Shown here piece after piece: positions 1-7,001 of a stretch of DNA of 26,717 nucleotides. Position 1 is the first letter of the stretch. Each line of letters starts with the position of its first letter. Made by a program: the position numbers and the translations under genes. The stretch covers positions 1-26,717 of the IMG/VR virus record IMGVR_UViG_3300017774_005035; one strand, given 5' to 3'. The notes under the pieces were generated by a model. The model was not told the DNA's origin. It did not search any database and worked only from the letters and a program-made list of their open reading frames with translations. The DNA is from a virus (Duplodnaviria; Caudoviricetes).

Positions 1-404
1 CTTTTATTCTAGAAGGTTCAGTAAGAATACCCTTTACTACAGGATTTCCATTAACAAGCGTAAATGTATAGTGGTTTCCACAAATGATTAATTACTTCAT
101 TGAAGTGTTAGCATACCAGACACATATATAAATTTATTAATTAACAATCTTTTCTATTCTTAACCTTTTTTTAGGTAGATTGTCAAGTGAGTTAACTATT
201 ACTTTTTAATTAATATTTTATATGTACCTATTTATTACAACTGCTCATTCTTGGGAATTGATTAATGATTTCATGCCCCAGATTGATTACTGTATCATGC
301 TCAATTAATTAGGTAGTTTTACATCTTAGTATAGCTCAAGGCTAATTTGGTACTAAGAAGTCTTTATATCTACATGAGTTATGGTGCATTAACAATAAAT
401 ATTT

Positions 405-439
405 AAATAAGGGGGAATATTTCTACTCCCCCATTATTT
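405..439 (-). terminator. Stem-loop / intrinsic terminator after ORF 457-840
   Basis: Minus strand GGGGGAGTA-GAAA-TATTCCCCC (9-bp stem with one G-U, GNRA loop) followed by TTATTT, about 20 nt after the stop codon. Confidence 0.7.
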
Positions 440-456
440 CTTACAACATTATTGGA

Positions 457-840
457 TTATGCTCCAACAGCTGTTGCTGGCTCAGTTGCAGCAACTTCAG
501 CACCAAGGCCAAAGATATCTGCACTAACACGCTCACCATAAGTCAAATGAGAAACAGTAAACAACATGTTACCATTGTCACCTGCAAATCCTTGAGTAAG
601 GAGATTTTTACCAATTAGGTCAAATTCACCATTTGCTGATGCTTCTTTTGCCAATTGATAATTTGCCTCATTCATCATTGCACCTGATGTGTAGGTTTTT
701 CCATTAACTTCAAAAGAAATTCCGCAATTACGGTAGCCTTTTCCATTTGAATTTTCTCTTAGTTCTGAAGAGATTGATGTCAATGTAGCACCAAATTCTT
801 TGCCTTTTTTGCCTGTTACAGCGTTTGTAATGTCTTTCAT
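457..840 (-). CDS. Hypothetical early protein, 127 aa, beta-rich (possibly OB-fold-like)
   Basis: Clean ORF with A-rich leader and downstream hairpin; the fold is only a guess from alternating beta-strand pattern. Confidence 0.8.
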   Translation of the reverse strand: MKDITNAVTGKKGKEFGATLTSISSELRENSNGKGYRNCGISFEVNGKTYTSGAMMNEANYQLAKEASANGEFDLIGKNLLTQGFAGDNGNMLFTVSHLTYGERVSADIFGLGAEVAATEPATAVGA

Positions 841-893
841 AATACTGATTTTTTTAAATAAATTAATTAAATTACTGATTTTTTAGGACTTTT

Positions 894-1160
894 TTAGATA
901 GTAGTGTGTCCTAGATAAACTACTGATTTGTCAACATATTGTGTATTACCAATCACAACTTGGTTGCTTTTAGTTGGATACATAACATTGATTTTGTTTA
1001 GTTGATTGTGAGGTACTCCTAACCAAACAGTTTTGATGTCGTAAAAAGATTTCTCTTTTACATACGTTTGTTTTTTGTCTTTTGGATTCCATTTTGATGC
1101 CCAATAAAGGACTTCATAACCACCAAATACTCTTTTAACATTGATTACTTGAAAGCGCAT
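894..1160 (-). CDS. Hypothetical protein, 88 aa
   Basis: ATG start, same orientation and tight packing with neighbours. Confidence 0.7.
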   Translation of the reverse strand: MRFQVINVKRVFGGYEVLYWASKWNPKDKKQTYVKEKSFYDIKTVWLGVPHNQLNKINVMYPTKSNQVVIGNTQYVDKSVVYLGHTTI

Positions 1161-1171
1161 AATTTATAGCT

Positions 1172-1399
1172 TTAAGCGTTTGATGAGCCAATTGTAGGCA
1201 GGCTCAGAATTCCTTTTTTTAGCCAATTTTTAACAGTGTCATTGACTGTTTTGTCAGCTGTACTGAATACACCAAATGTTTTTTTATTTGTAGAACTGTC
1301 AACTGTTTCTACAACTTTGAATGTGATTATTTCATCAAATTCTAAGTCTATATCAAAACATCTGCTGTATTCAATTAGTTTAACATTTTTTACTTCCAT
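1172..1399 (-). CDS. Hypothetical protein, 75 aa (MEVKNVKLIEY...)
   Basis: Start moved from TTG 1405 to ATG 1399, which overlaps the upstream stop as TAATG. Confidence 0.7.
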   Translation of the reverse strand: MEVKNVKLIEYSRCFDIDLEFDEIITFKVVETVDSSTNKKTFGVFSTADKTVNDTVKNWLKKGILSLPTIGSSNA

Positions 1400-1548
1400 T
1401 ACCAACGGTGTTGAAGTTTGAAGTGCCCAAACAATAAACCATTTTTTACAGTGTAGTATATTGATACTACTGCAAATTTGGTTTTTAGTTTGTGATACAT
1501 TTTAATTAAATGATCGTAAGCTCTGTTTACAAAGTTGATTGTTTTCAT
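1399..1548 (-). CDS. Small hypothetical protein, 49 aa (MKTINFVNRAYDHLIKMYHKLKTKFAVVSIYYTVKNGLLFGHFKLQHRW), absent from the ORF track
   Basis: Translated by hand; A-rich leader CCCTAAAAA-ATG; stop overlaps next start (TAATG). Confidence 0.6.
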   Translation of the reverse strand: MKTINFVNRAYDHLIKMYHKLKTKFAVVSIYYTVKNGLLFGHFKLQHRW

Positions 1549-1693
1549 TTTTTAGGGATTTTAACTAATTAATTAAGCGCATTATTATCCAGGTCTCGTT
1601 AGGACATCTATTTGCTAAAAACTTTTTCTCTTAATTTAATTAGTTTGGTTAACTAGTTTTGGTTTTAGATCTTTTATGTGTATTGTATTTAAA

Positions 1694-1738
1694 GCAAATT
1701 GACCCTAAAGTAGATTATTCTACTCTAGAGTCTTTTGC
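1694..1738 (-). terminator. Long hairpin, probable terminator or processing stem
   Basis: Minus strand GACTCTAGAGTAGA-ATAA-TCTACTTTAGGGTC is a continuous 14-bp stem only with G-U pairs on the minus strand; followed by AATTTGCTTT. Confidence 0.6.
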
Positions 1739-2031
1739 GCCAAATAAAACAAAACACGAAAACAATATTTTTATTAACTTTTTGGTTAAATATTTTATAG
1801 CTAATCAAGGATGGTTTTACTTGATTTCAAAGGTCTGATTACCTTCATTGAGTACTAATTTCCCACTTTAGTATACTAACTCTCTGTTTGCCAGTCTCTG
1901 TTATTAGTCTATAAAAGATTCTGTAGGATCAAGAAAAGACCCCTCAAGTGTGCGTTTTAAAGTGCCTGAGAGGTGTATTCATGTGAGCGTATGTATTATC
2001 TCACTACCACACTATTAAGTGAATTTTGTCT

Positions 2032-2244
2032 TTATTTGTCTAAATAGTCTTTTTCTATCAAGAACATGATTGTTGCTATGAATATTACTATTATGTGTAA
2101 TCCCCACAACATTGCAGTTTGAACTTGGTTAAATTGGCAGTCAAATATTAAGCTGAAAATCCAATTAAGGAATTTTCCTCCTAATAATAATACAAAAACG
2201 GCAATTGTTAATATGCCCATTACTTCTAATGTTTTACTTTTCAT
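2032..2244 (-). CDS. Small membrane protein, 70 aa, two hydrophobic segments
   Basis: ATG 2244 after an A-rich leader preferred to TTG 2292; VMGILTIAVFVLLLGG and MLWGLHIIVIFIATIMFLI are TM-like. Confidence 0.7.
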   Translation of the reverse strand: MKSKTLEVMGILTIAVFVLLLGGKFLNWIFSLIFDCQFNQVQTAMLWGLHIIVIFIATIMFLIEKDYLDK

Positions 2245-2504
2245 AATATTTTTTGTTATTTGGGTTTTGGTTATAAAACGAAGAAAAAACAACTTTCCCA
2301 GGTATTTAATAGCGTTATTTGGCTATTTATGTGGATGAAGTTGGATATATTGTATGTAGTAGATGATTAGTATTAAGTGTCTAATGTACTACATATCAAC
2401 AAGTTAACAGCACTATATTTCAACAAATCAGCGAAGATTTAGCGAAAGAATGGCGATAGAATACAGTAAATACTGTAATGTATTTTGGATGAAATGAATT
2501 ACAA

Positions 2505-2541
2505 TTAAAACAAGAAGAAAGAGAGGGAATGATCCCTCTCT
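2505..2541 (-). terminator. Intrinsic terminator after ORF 2547-2819
   Basis: Minus strand AGAGAGGGA-TCAT-TCCCTCTCT followed by TTCTTCTTGTTTT. Confidence 0.8.
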
Positions 2542-2546
2542 CGCTA

Positions 2547-2819
2547 TTATATCTCAAATAGCACTTCTTTAGGCTTGCTAACGGCAAGGTAATAGATAAT
2601 TTCGCCTTCATCCGTTTCCCATTCGCTAATGCGTGCTTCAGGGTTAATAGCGCCATCTTGCACAGCATTATCGGAAATCCCAAAGGCTCTCTGGTTAGTG
2701 GCTTTATTAACCGCGTAAAGCTTGTTTTTAGCGCTCTTGCAAACGAGAAGGGCTTCGATGCCGTGAGCTTGTTTAAAGGCTGCAAGGGTAACACCTTCTT
2801 CAGTGGTAATTCTTTTCAT
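2547..2819 (-). CDS. Hypothetical protein, 90 aa, first gene left of the G-rich control region
   Basis: ATG start, protein-like composition, own terminator 5 nt after the stop. Confidence 0.8.
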   Translation of the reverse strand: MKRITTEEGVTLAAFKQAHGIEALLVCKSAKNKLYAVNKATNQRAFGISDNAVQDGAINPEARISEWETDEGEIIYYLAVSKPKEVLFEI

Positions 2820-2913
2820 GACAATGTAAATTTTATTTGGTAAATGAACAATATAAACACAAGGGAGTACTAGCCCCCCAATATGGAAGATGGTGGAGTG
2901 GAGAAGGGGTTAG

Positions 2914-2997
2914 GTCTAATATTGACTTTGTTAGCTTTATTAAGTCTAATACTGACTCTATGGGGAATCTAATATTGACTCTGTAGTATTGACTCTA
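2914..2997. repeat. Four direct repeats of TCTAATA(T/C)TGACT
   Basis: Copies at 2915-2927, 2945-2957, 2968-2980 and degenerate TGTAGTATTGACT at 2982-2994. Confidence 0.85.
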
Positions 2998-3168
2998 TAA
3001 TACTTGTACTAATAAAAAATTGTTCTATAAAATAAGGGGGTACTAAAATCTACAAAATAAAGGGTAGGGGGTATGTATCCCTATTTTTACTTAGCCCAGG
3101 GGATCTTTATATTACAAAAAAACTAAGGAAAATTTACCCGAAATTACATTTTTTCTAAGGAAAGTAAT

Positions 3169-3354
3169 TTACTTAAATCTTCTAATGTAAGACAAACAAC
3201 TAGAAATCAATAGTATACCCAATATAGCCAAAAAACACTTAACTGCCAAAGGCTCTTTAAAAACCACACTAAATAATATAAGAATTAATATAAAACAGCT
3301 TGGCCATAAATGGTTTTTGTAAAAATAAGTTAAAAAAGATATAGAGTTTTTCAT
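3169..3354 (-). CDS. Small membrane protein, 61 aa, two hydrophobic segments
   Basis: ATG start, hydrophobic stretches, TATATTTG box about 30 nt upstream on the same strand. Confidence 0.65.
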   Translation of the reverse strand: MKNSISFLTYFYKNHLWPSCFILILILFSVVFKEPLAVKCFLAILGILLISSCLSYIRRFK

Positions 3355-3384
3355 GTTAAAATAAATTAGTTTAGTTATTAGCTA

Positions 3385-3392
3385 CAAATATA
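3385..3392 (-). promoter_or_regulatory. Bacteroidota-type -7 promoter box TATATTTG
   Basis: Matches TAnnTTTG; intergenic, upstream of ORF 3169-3354. Confidence 0.6.
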
Positions 3393-3565
3393 GGTCAAAT
3401 ATTTAACTACAGCTTCATTATAAGCTTATAATAGTGTTATAAGTATATACTGTGGTAAGATAATTTGAGTGTCTTAAATGGGCTAAAATTAAATAGGCAA
3501 ATGCTTTTCTACGACAGTAGAAAATAAATAAACTACTACACCAAGTATAACCTAAATTTAGTTTG

Positions 3566-3573
3566 TATCTTTG
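3566..3573 (+). promoter_or_regulatory. Bacteroidota-type -7 promoter box TATCTTTG
   Basis: Matches TAnnTTTG; upstream of the RepL-like gene. Confidence 0.6.
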
Positions 3574-3639
3574 TATATGAAAAGTCTCTCTAAGAATAAA
3601 GAAGGAAATCTTCTAGAGGCCCAGTAAACACTGAACACG

Positions 3640-3680
3640 TTTGGTCAAATTTGGCCAAATTTTGGTCAAAAATGGCCAAA
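3640..3680. repeat. Four tandem near-palindromes TTTGG(T/C)CAAA with 10-11 bp period
   Basis: tttggtcaaa 3640, tttggccaaa 3650, tttggtcaaa 3661, aatggccaaa 3671. Confidence 0.85.
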
Positions 3681-3713
3681 ACTATAAAATTTAAGACTTA
3701 AAAATTGACTAAA

Positions 3714-4211
3714 ATGGGATACGAAAAAACCATAAAATTAGAACATGATGAGGTAGCTGCTAAGATAAATTTAGCATCTGGAGAGATAATTACTTTAGAG
3801 GATAAAGTCAAAAAGTTTAAGCAAGGGTATGAAAGAGTAAACGGTAATACAGTTAAATGGAGTAGATCTTATAATAAAGCCTGGGCATTGCTTGCTGAAT
3901 TAACAAATGACAGAGAGTTTAAAGTGGCCCATAAGCTTGCTACCAGAGCAAATTACAGAGATAACAGTCTATGTCCATTAGATGATGATATGAGTTGTAC
4001 TGAGCTAGGAGAAGAGCTAGGAGTAAATAGAAAAGAGGTAGATAAGATTATAAATAAGCTATTTAGACTAGGTGTAATAGGTAAATGGGAAGTTTATCAA
4101 GCACATGAAGTACATAAAAAGTATTGGGTATTTAATCCTTACCTATCTTTTAACGGTAATTGTGAGGAAACAGGTATGAGAAGTTTATTTAAAGACACTT
4201 ATTTTGCTTAA
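3714..4211 (+). CDS. RepL-like winged-HTH replication/maintenance protein
   Basis: HTH-like MSCTELGEELGVNRKEVDKIINKLFRLGVI followed by YWVFNPYLSFNG (YxxNPxxxxxG-type motif of RepL-like proteins); ATG 3714 preferred to TTG 3705. Confidence 0.65.
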   Translation: MGYEKTIKLEHDEVAAKINLASGEIITLEDKVKKFKQGYERVNGNTVKWSRSYNKAWALLAELTNDREFKVAHKLATRANYRDNSLCPLDDDMSCTELGEELGVNRKEVDKIINKLFRLGVIGKWEVYQAHEVHKKYWVFNPYLSFNGNCEETGMRSLFKDTYFA

Positions 4212-4216
4212 AGTAT

Positions 4217-4666
4217 ATGAAATACAAAATAAAAATAAAAGAGGACTTTAAAGATTTAGAAGATATACACAAATATCAAAGGTACTTAGCACATTCTAAT
4301 CCCAAATTAGTACAAAAAGCAAAAGAAAACTCTAAAGCGTTATCTGACAACCTAACTTTACCAGAAAAGTACATAAAACAATTATTATACGAAATCGGTT
4401 TAGAATACGAATTTCAAAAGATAGTGTACTTTCCTTCAGGAGATTTCTGTATATTAGACTTTTATATACCTACTTTACATCTAATAATAGAATTAGATGG
4501 ATTACAGCATTATAATGTAATAGGGGAAATAAAAGATTTGCACAGAAATCAGAAACTTTGTAAAGTTGGATTTGACAGGGAAGTAAGAATCCCTAATAGT
4601 AAAGCAATTCTACTAAATACAGAAAGTATCAATAATGTTCTAGTACCATTCTACGATAAACCTTAA
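4217..4666 (+). CDS. DUF559 / Vsr-like PD-(D/E)xK endonuclease
   Basis: Motifs TLPEK..., FQK, ILDFYIP, IIELDGLQH, D..RNQKL...G....RIPN. Confidence 0.8.
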   Translation: MKYKIKIKEDFKDLEDIHKYQRYLAHSNPKLVQKAKENSKALSDNLTLPEKYIKQLLYEIGLEYEFQKIVYFPSGDFCILDFYIPTLHLIIELDGLQHYNVIGEIKDLHRNQKLCKVGFDREVRIPNSKAILLNTESINNVLVPFYDKP

Positions 4667-5028
4667 AAAAAACCTAATTCTAATAGATATTTATAAAGTC
4701 TAAACTTAGTTTTTCTAGCATTATCTATTGCATCTTTTTCTAAAGGATTGTTTTTATAACCAAAATACTCATCCATTGCATTGTATATTTCTATTTTCTG
4801 AGTACTATGATATACCTCATGCAATAGAGTATCTAATATATCCATTACAGATTTATGGTTTAAAAGGTATAAAGTAATTGTATTATTATCAAAATTATAC
4901 TTGCCCATAAAGTCAGTAGTCAAACTTTTAGATTTAACTAACCTTAGTTTTGGCATTTTCTCTTTAGGTATATTATACTCAGATCTGCACCAAAACATTG
5001 CTGCAACCAATGTTTTTCTTTTTATCAT
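4663..5028 (-). CDS. Small zincin-like (HEXXH) metallopeptidase-domain protein
   Basis: DTLLHEVYHSTQ plus downstream YKNNPLEKDA (third-ligand Glu), preceded by GxY..ITLY strands. Confidence 0.7.
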   Translation of the reverse strand: MIKRKTLVAAMFWCRSEYNIPKEKMPKLRLVKSKSLTTDFMGKYNFDNNTITLYLLNHKSVMDILDTLLHEVYHSTQKIEIYNAMDEYFGYKNNPLEKDAIDNARKTKFRLYKYLLELGFF

Positions 5029-5396
5029 TATAAATAAAATTCAACTTTACCAACATCTTCCATTGCTTTTTCCACAGAAGCCTTAAAAGTTTCAAATGTT
5101 AAATAGTTAGTTATTGCCCAATTCCTATAATTATTCTGAAATTGGCAACCAGATATATCCCATCTTGAAAGGTCTTCCCAATTGATTTCTAGCACTTTAC
5201 CTATTTTAATGTCGTTATCTATACAATAGTTAAAGAACTCTAAATGAAGGTCACTTCCATTTGATGTAGATAAATCAAACCTTGCAATACCATAAAAGTT
5301 TTCTATGTCTAACTTACTGGAAACAGGTAAGATAGGTTTTGAAATCATACTAAAGCTAGTATAGATCCAATTATTATTTGTTAAATCTCTTGACAT
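5028..5396 (-). CDS. Hypothetical protein, 122 aa
   Basis: ATG start, stop overlaps next start (TAATG), promoter box upstream. Confidence 0.7.
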   Translation of the reverse strand: MSRDLTNNNWIYTSFSMISKPILPVSSKLDIENFYGIARFDLSTSNGSDLHLEFFNYCIDNDIKIGKVLEINWEDLSRWDISGCQFQNNYRNWAITNYLTFETFKASVEKAMEDVGKVEFYL

Positions 5397-5413
5397 TGGC
5401 GAAAAATAAGTTG

Positions 5414-5421
5414 TATATTTG
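5414..5421 (+). promoter_or_regulatory. -7 promoter box TATATTTG for the exonuclease operon
   Basis: TAnnTTTG match in the intergenic region. Confidence 0.6.
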
Positions 5422-5455
5422 TATCGTAGTTAAGGCAGTTAGCTTTAATCACATA

Positions 5456-5463
5456 CAAATATA
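5456..5463 (-). promoter_or_regulatory. -7 promoter box TATATTTG for ORFs 5396-4663
   Basis: Plus strand caaatata is TATATTTG on the minus strand. Confidence 0.6.
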
Positions 5464-5533
5464 GGTTTTCTTTTTAGTATAACCAACTGAATATTGATAT
5501 TAAAAAACCTAAATATTACCAACAAACAGATAA

Positions 5534-6274
5534 ATGAAGAAATTATTTTTTGACATTGAAACCAGTCCTAATATTGGATTATTTTGGGAAGCAGGTTGGA
5601 AGAAAACTATAGACTCTTCTAATATAATACAAGAAAGATCCATAATTTGTATTTGTTATAAATACGAGGGCAGTGATAAAATCTACAAATTGACTTGGGA
5701 TAAAAATCAATGTGACAAAAGTATGCTTGAGAAATTTTCCAAAGTTCTCAATGAAAGCGATCTTAGTATTACTCACAATGGAGACAGATTTGATATTCCC
5801 TGGGTGAGAACAAGGGCATTATACCACGGTATTACTGACCTTGCTAACTGTACTTCTCTAGATACATTATTAGGCTCTAGAAACAAGCTTAAATTCAATT
5901 CTAACAGACTTGATTATATTGCTCAATTTTTTGGAGTAGGTCAAAAACAAGAAACCACTTATGGATTATGGAAAGACATTCTTTTAAAAAATGATAAAAA
6001 GGCCCTTAGTACAATGACAGAATACTGTGCTAACGATGTAGTTATATTAGAAAAAGTATATAACAAACTATTACCAGTACTAAGTCCTAAAGTGCATTTT
6101 GGAGTTTTAGCTGGCCAAGAAAAGTGCTCTTGTTCTAATTGTGCATCAGTAGATTTAAAACTTTCTAAGGTAAGAATTACTGCCGCTGGAACTAAAAAAT
6201 ATCAAATGAAATGCTCAGACTGCGGATCTTATACAACAGTATCTGAAGCAAGTTATAATAAATTTAACCAATAA
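5534..6274 (+). CDS. RNase H-like DEDD(y) 3'-5' exonuclease with C-terminal zinc ribbon
   Basis: ExoI FFDIETS, ExoII HNGDRFDIP, ExoIII YCANDV; C-terminal CSNC...CSDCG. Confidence 0.85.
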   Translation: MKKLFFDIETSPNIGLFWEAGWKKTIDSSNIIQERSIICICYKYEGSDKIYKLTWDKNQCDKSMLEKFSKVLNESDLSITHNGDRFDIPWVRTRALYHGITDLANCTSLDTLLGSRNKLKFNSNRLDYIAQFFGVGQKQETTYGLWKDILLKNDKKALSTMTEYCANDVVILEKVYNKLLPVLSPKVHFGVLAGQEKCSCSNCASVDLKLSKVRITAAGTKKYQMKCSDCGSYTTVSEASYNKFNQ

Positions 6275-6298
6275 TTTAATTTTTAATCAACAAACACA

Positions 6299-6466
6299 AT
6301 GAATACACTTATTAAATTCTTAAACTCAAAACCAAGTTACCTAAAATCTAGTACAACTATGATAGCTGCCAAAGCTGGAGTAGCTGAAAGCACTGTTATT
6401 AGATTTAAAAAGTCTAGTCAATTTAAGACTATGCGAACTATGTATGTAAACTCTTTGGTAAAATAA
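6299..6466 (+). CDS. Small HTH protein, 55 aa (MNTLIKFLNSKPSYLKSSTTMIAAKAGVAESTVIRFKKSSQFKTMRTMYVNSLVK), absent from the ORF track
   Basis: Translated by hand; fills the gap exactly, TAATG overlap with next gene; TTMIAAKAGVAESTVIRF is a classic HTH signature. Confidence 0.75.
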   Translation: MNTLIKFLNSKPSYLKSSTTMIAAKAGVAESTVIRFKKSSQFKTMRTMYVNSLVK

Positions 6467-6753
6467 TGAGTACCAATATAACCAACGAAACTGATAATTA
6501 TCCTAGAACCATTGAAGGAGTGACTGCTGTTAATACAGCAGCTACTTCTTACATGGGGTTTGAAGATGCATTAAAATATTCTAAAAACGGCTATAAAATA
6601 TCAAGTCCAAGTATTTGTCCTAATCAATATTTTAAATACTCAAATGGAAACAAAGTTGAATTTTATGATAAAGCAACTAGAAGCCATTCTACTTCTGTAG
6701 ATATGATTTCTGTCAAAATGCTTTATGCTCAAGACTATTTTATATTTGACTAA
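6466..6753 (+). CDS. Divergent Tad2 / DUF2829-like protein (putative immune-signal sponge)
   Basis: MGFEDALKYSKNGYKIS and C-terminal MLYAQDYFIF resemble the MxFxxAlxxxKxGxKv...(D)lLAxDW termini of the family. Confidence 0.55.
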   Translation: MSTNITNETDNYPRTIEGVTAVNTAATSYMGFEDALKYSKNGYKISSPSICPNQYFKYSNGNKVEFYDKATRSHSTSVDMISVKMLYAQDYFIFD

Positions 6754-6999
6754 ATGGAAATAAATAAAGAACTTACATACGGACAAGAGTTAGTAGAAAT
6801 AAATAATATTTCTGATAGTGCAGAAGTAATAGAAATAAAAGCAAAATTTGCAACTATTATAGACCAACTTTACACTTTAAAAAATTATTCTACTGATACC
6901 AGTTTAATAAGTATGTTTGATATTGGAATAAGAGAAACTTTAAATGCTTTAAATTGGGCTAAAAAGTCTATTGAATGGAAATTAATTAAACACCCTTAA
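6754..6999 (+). CDS. Divergent Acb2/Tad1-like helical-hairpin protein (putative immune-signal sponge)
   Basis: LTYGQELV...EVIEIKAKFATIIDQL...IGIRETLNALNWAKKSIEW resembles the LTfG..V...K..FA..ID.....AIte...AqmWAvKA.tW pattern. Confidence 0.55.
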   Translation: MEINKELTYGQELVEINNISDSAEVIEIKAKFATIIDQLYTLKNYSTDTSLISMFDIGIRETLNALNWAKKSIEWKLIKHP

Positions 7000-7001
7000 T
7001 A

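Noticed and set aside
1860-1910. c-di-GMP-I riboswitch or T-box (GGCAAAC and AGAGA on the minus strand), or a tRNA
   Set aside because: The other consensus elements are missing; no T-psi-C or D-loop signature
2420-2843. ORFs 2420-2794(-) and 2658-2843(+)
   Set aside because: Shadow frames of the better-supported 2547-2819 gene; the first runs through its terminator
2914-2997. CRISPR mini-array interpretation of the direct repeats
   Set aside because: Repeats are only 13 nt with irregular 1-17 nt gaps, and no cas genes are present
3577-3627. 16-codon uORF (MKSLSKNKEGNLLEAQ) right after the promoter box
   Set aside because: Too short to distinguish from chance
6466-6753. Toxin-antitoxin reading of the DUF2829-like gene with the upstream HTH gene
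   Set aside because: No toxin catalytic motif; the adjacent Acb2/Tad1-like gene fits a sponge role better, though this is unproven
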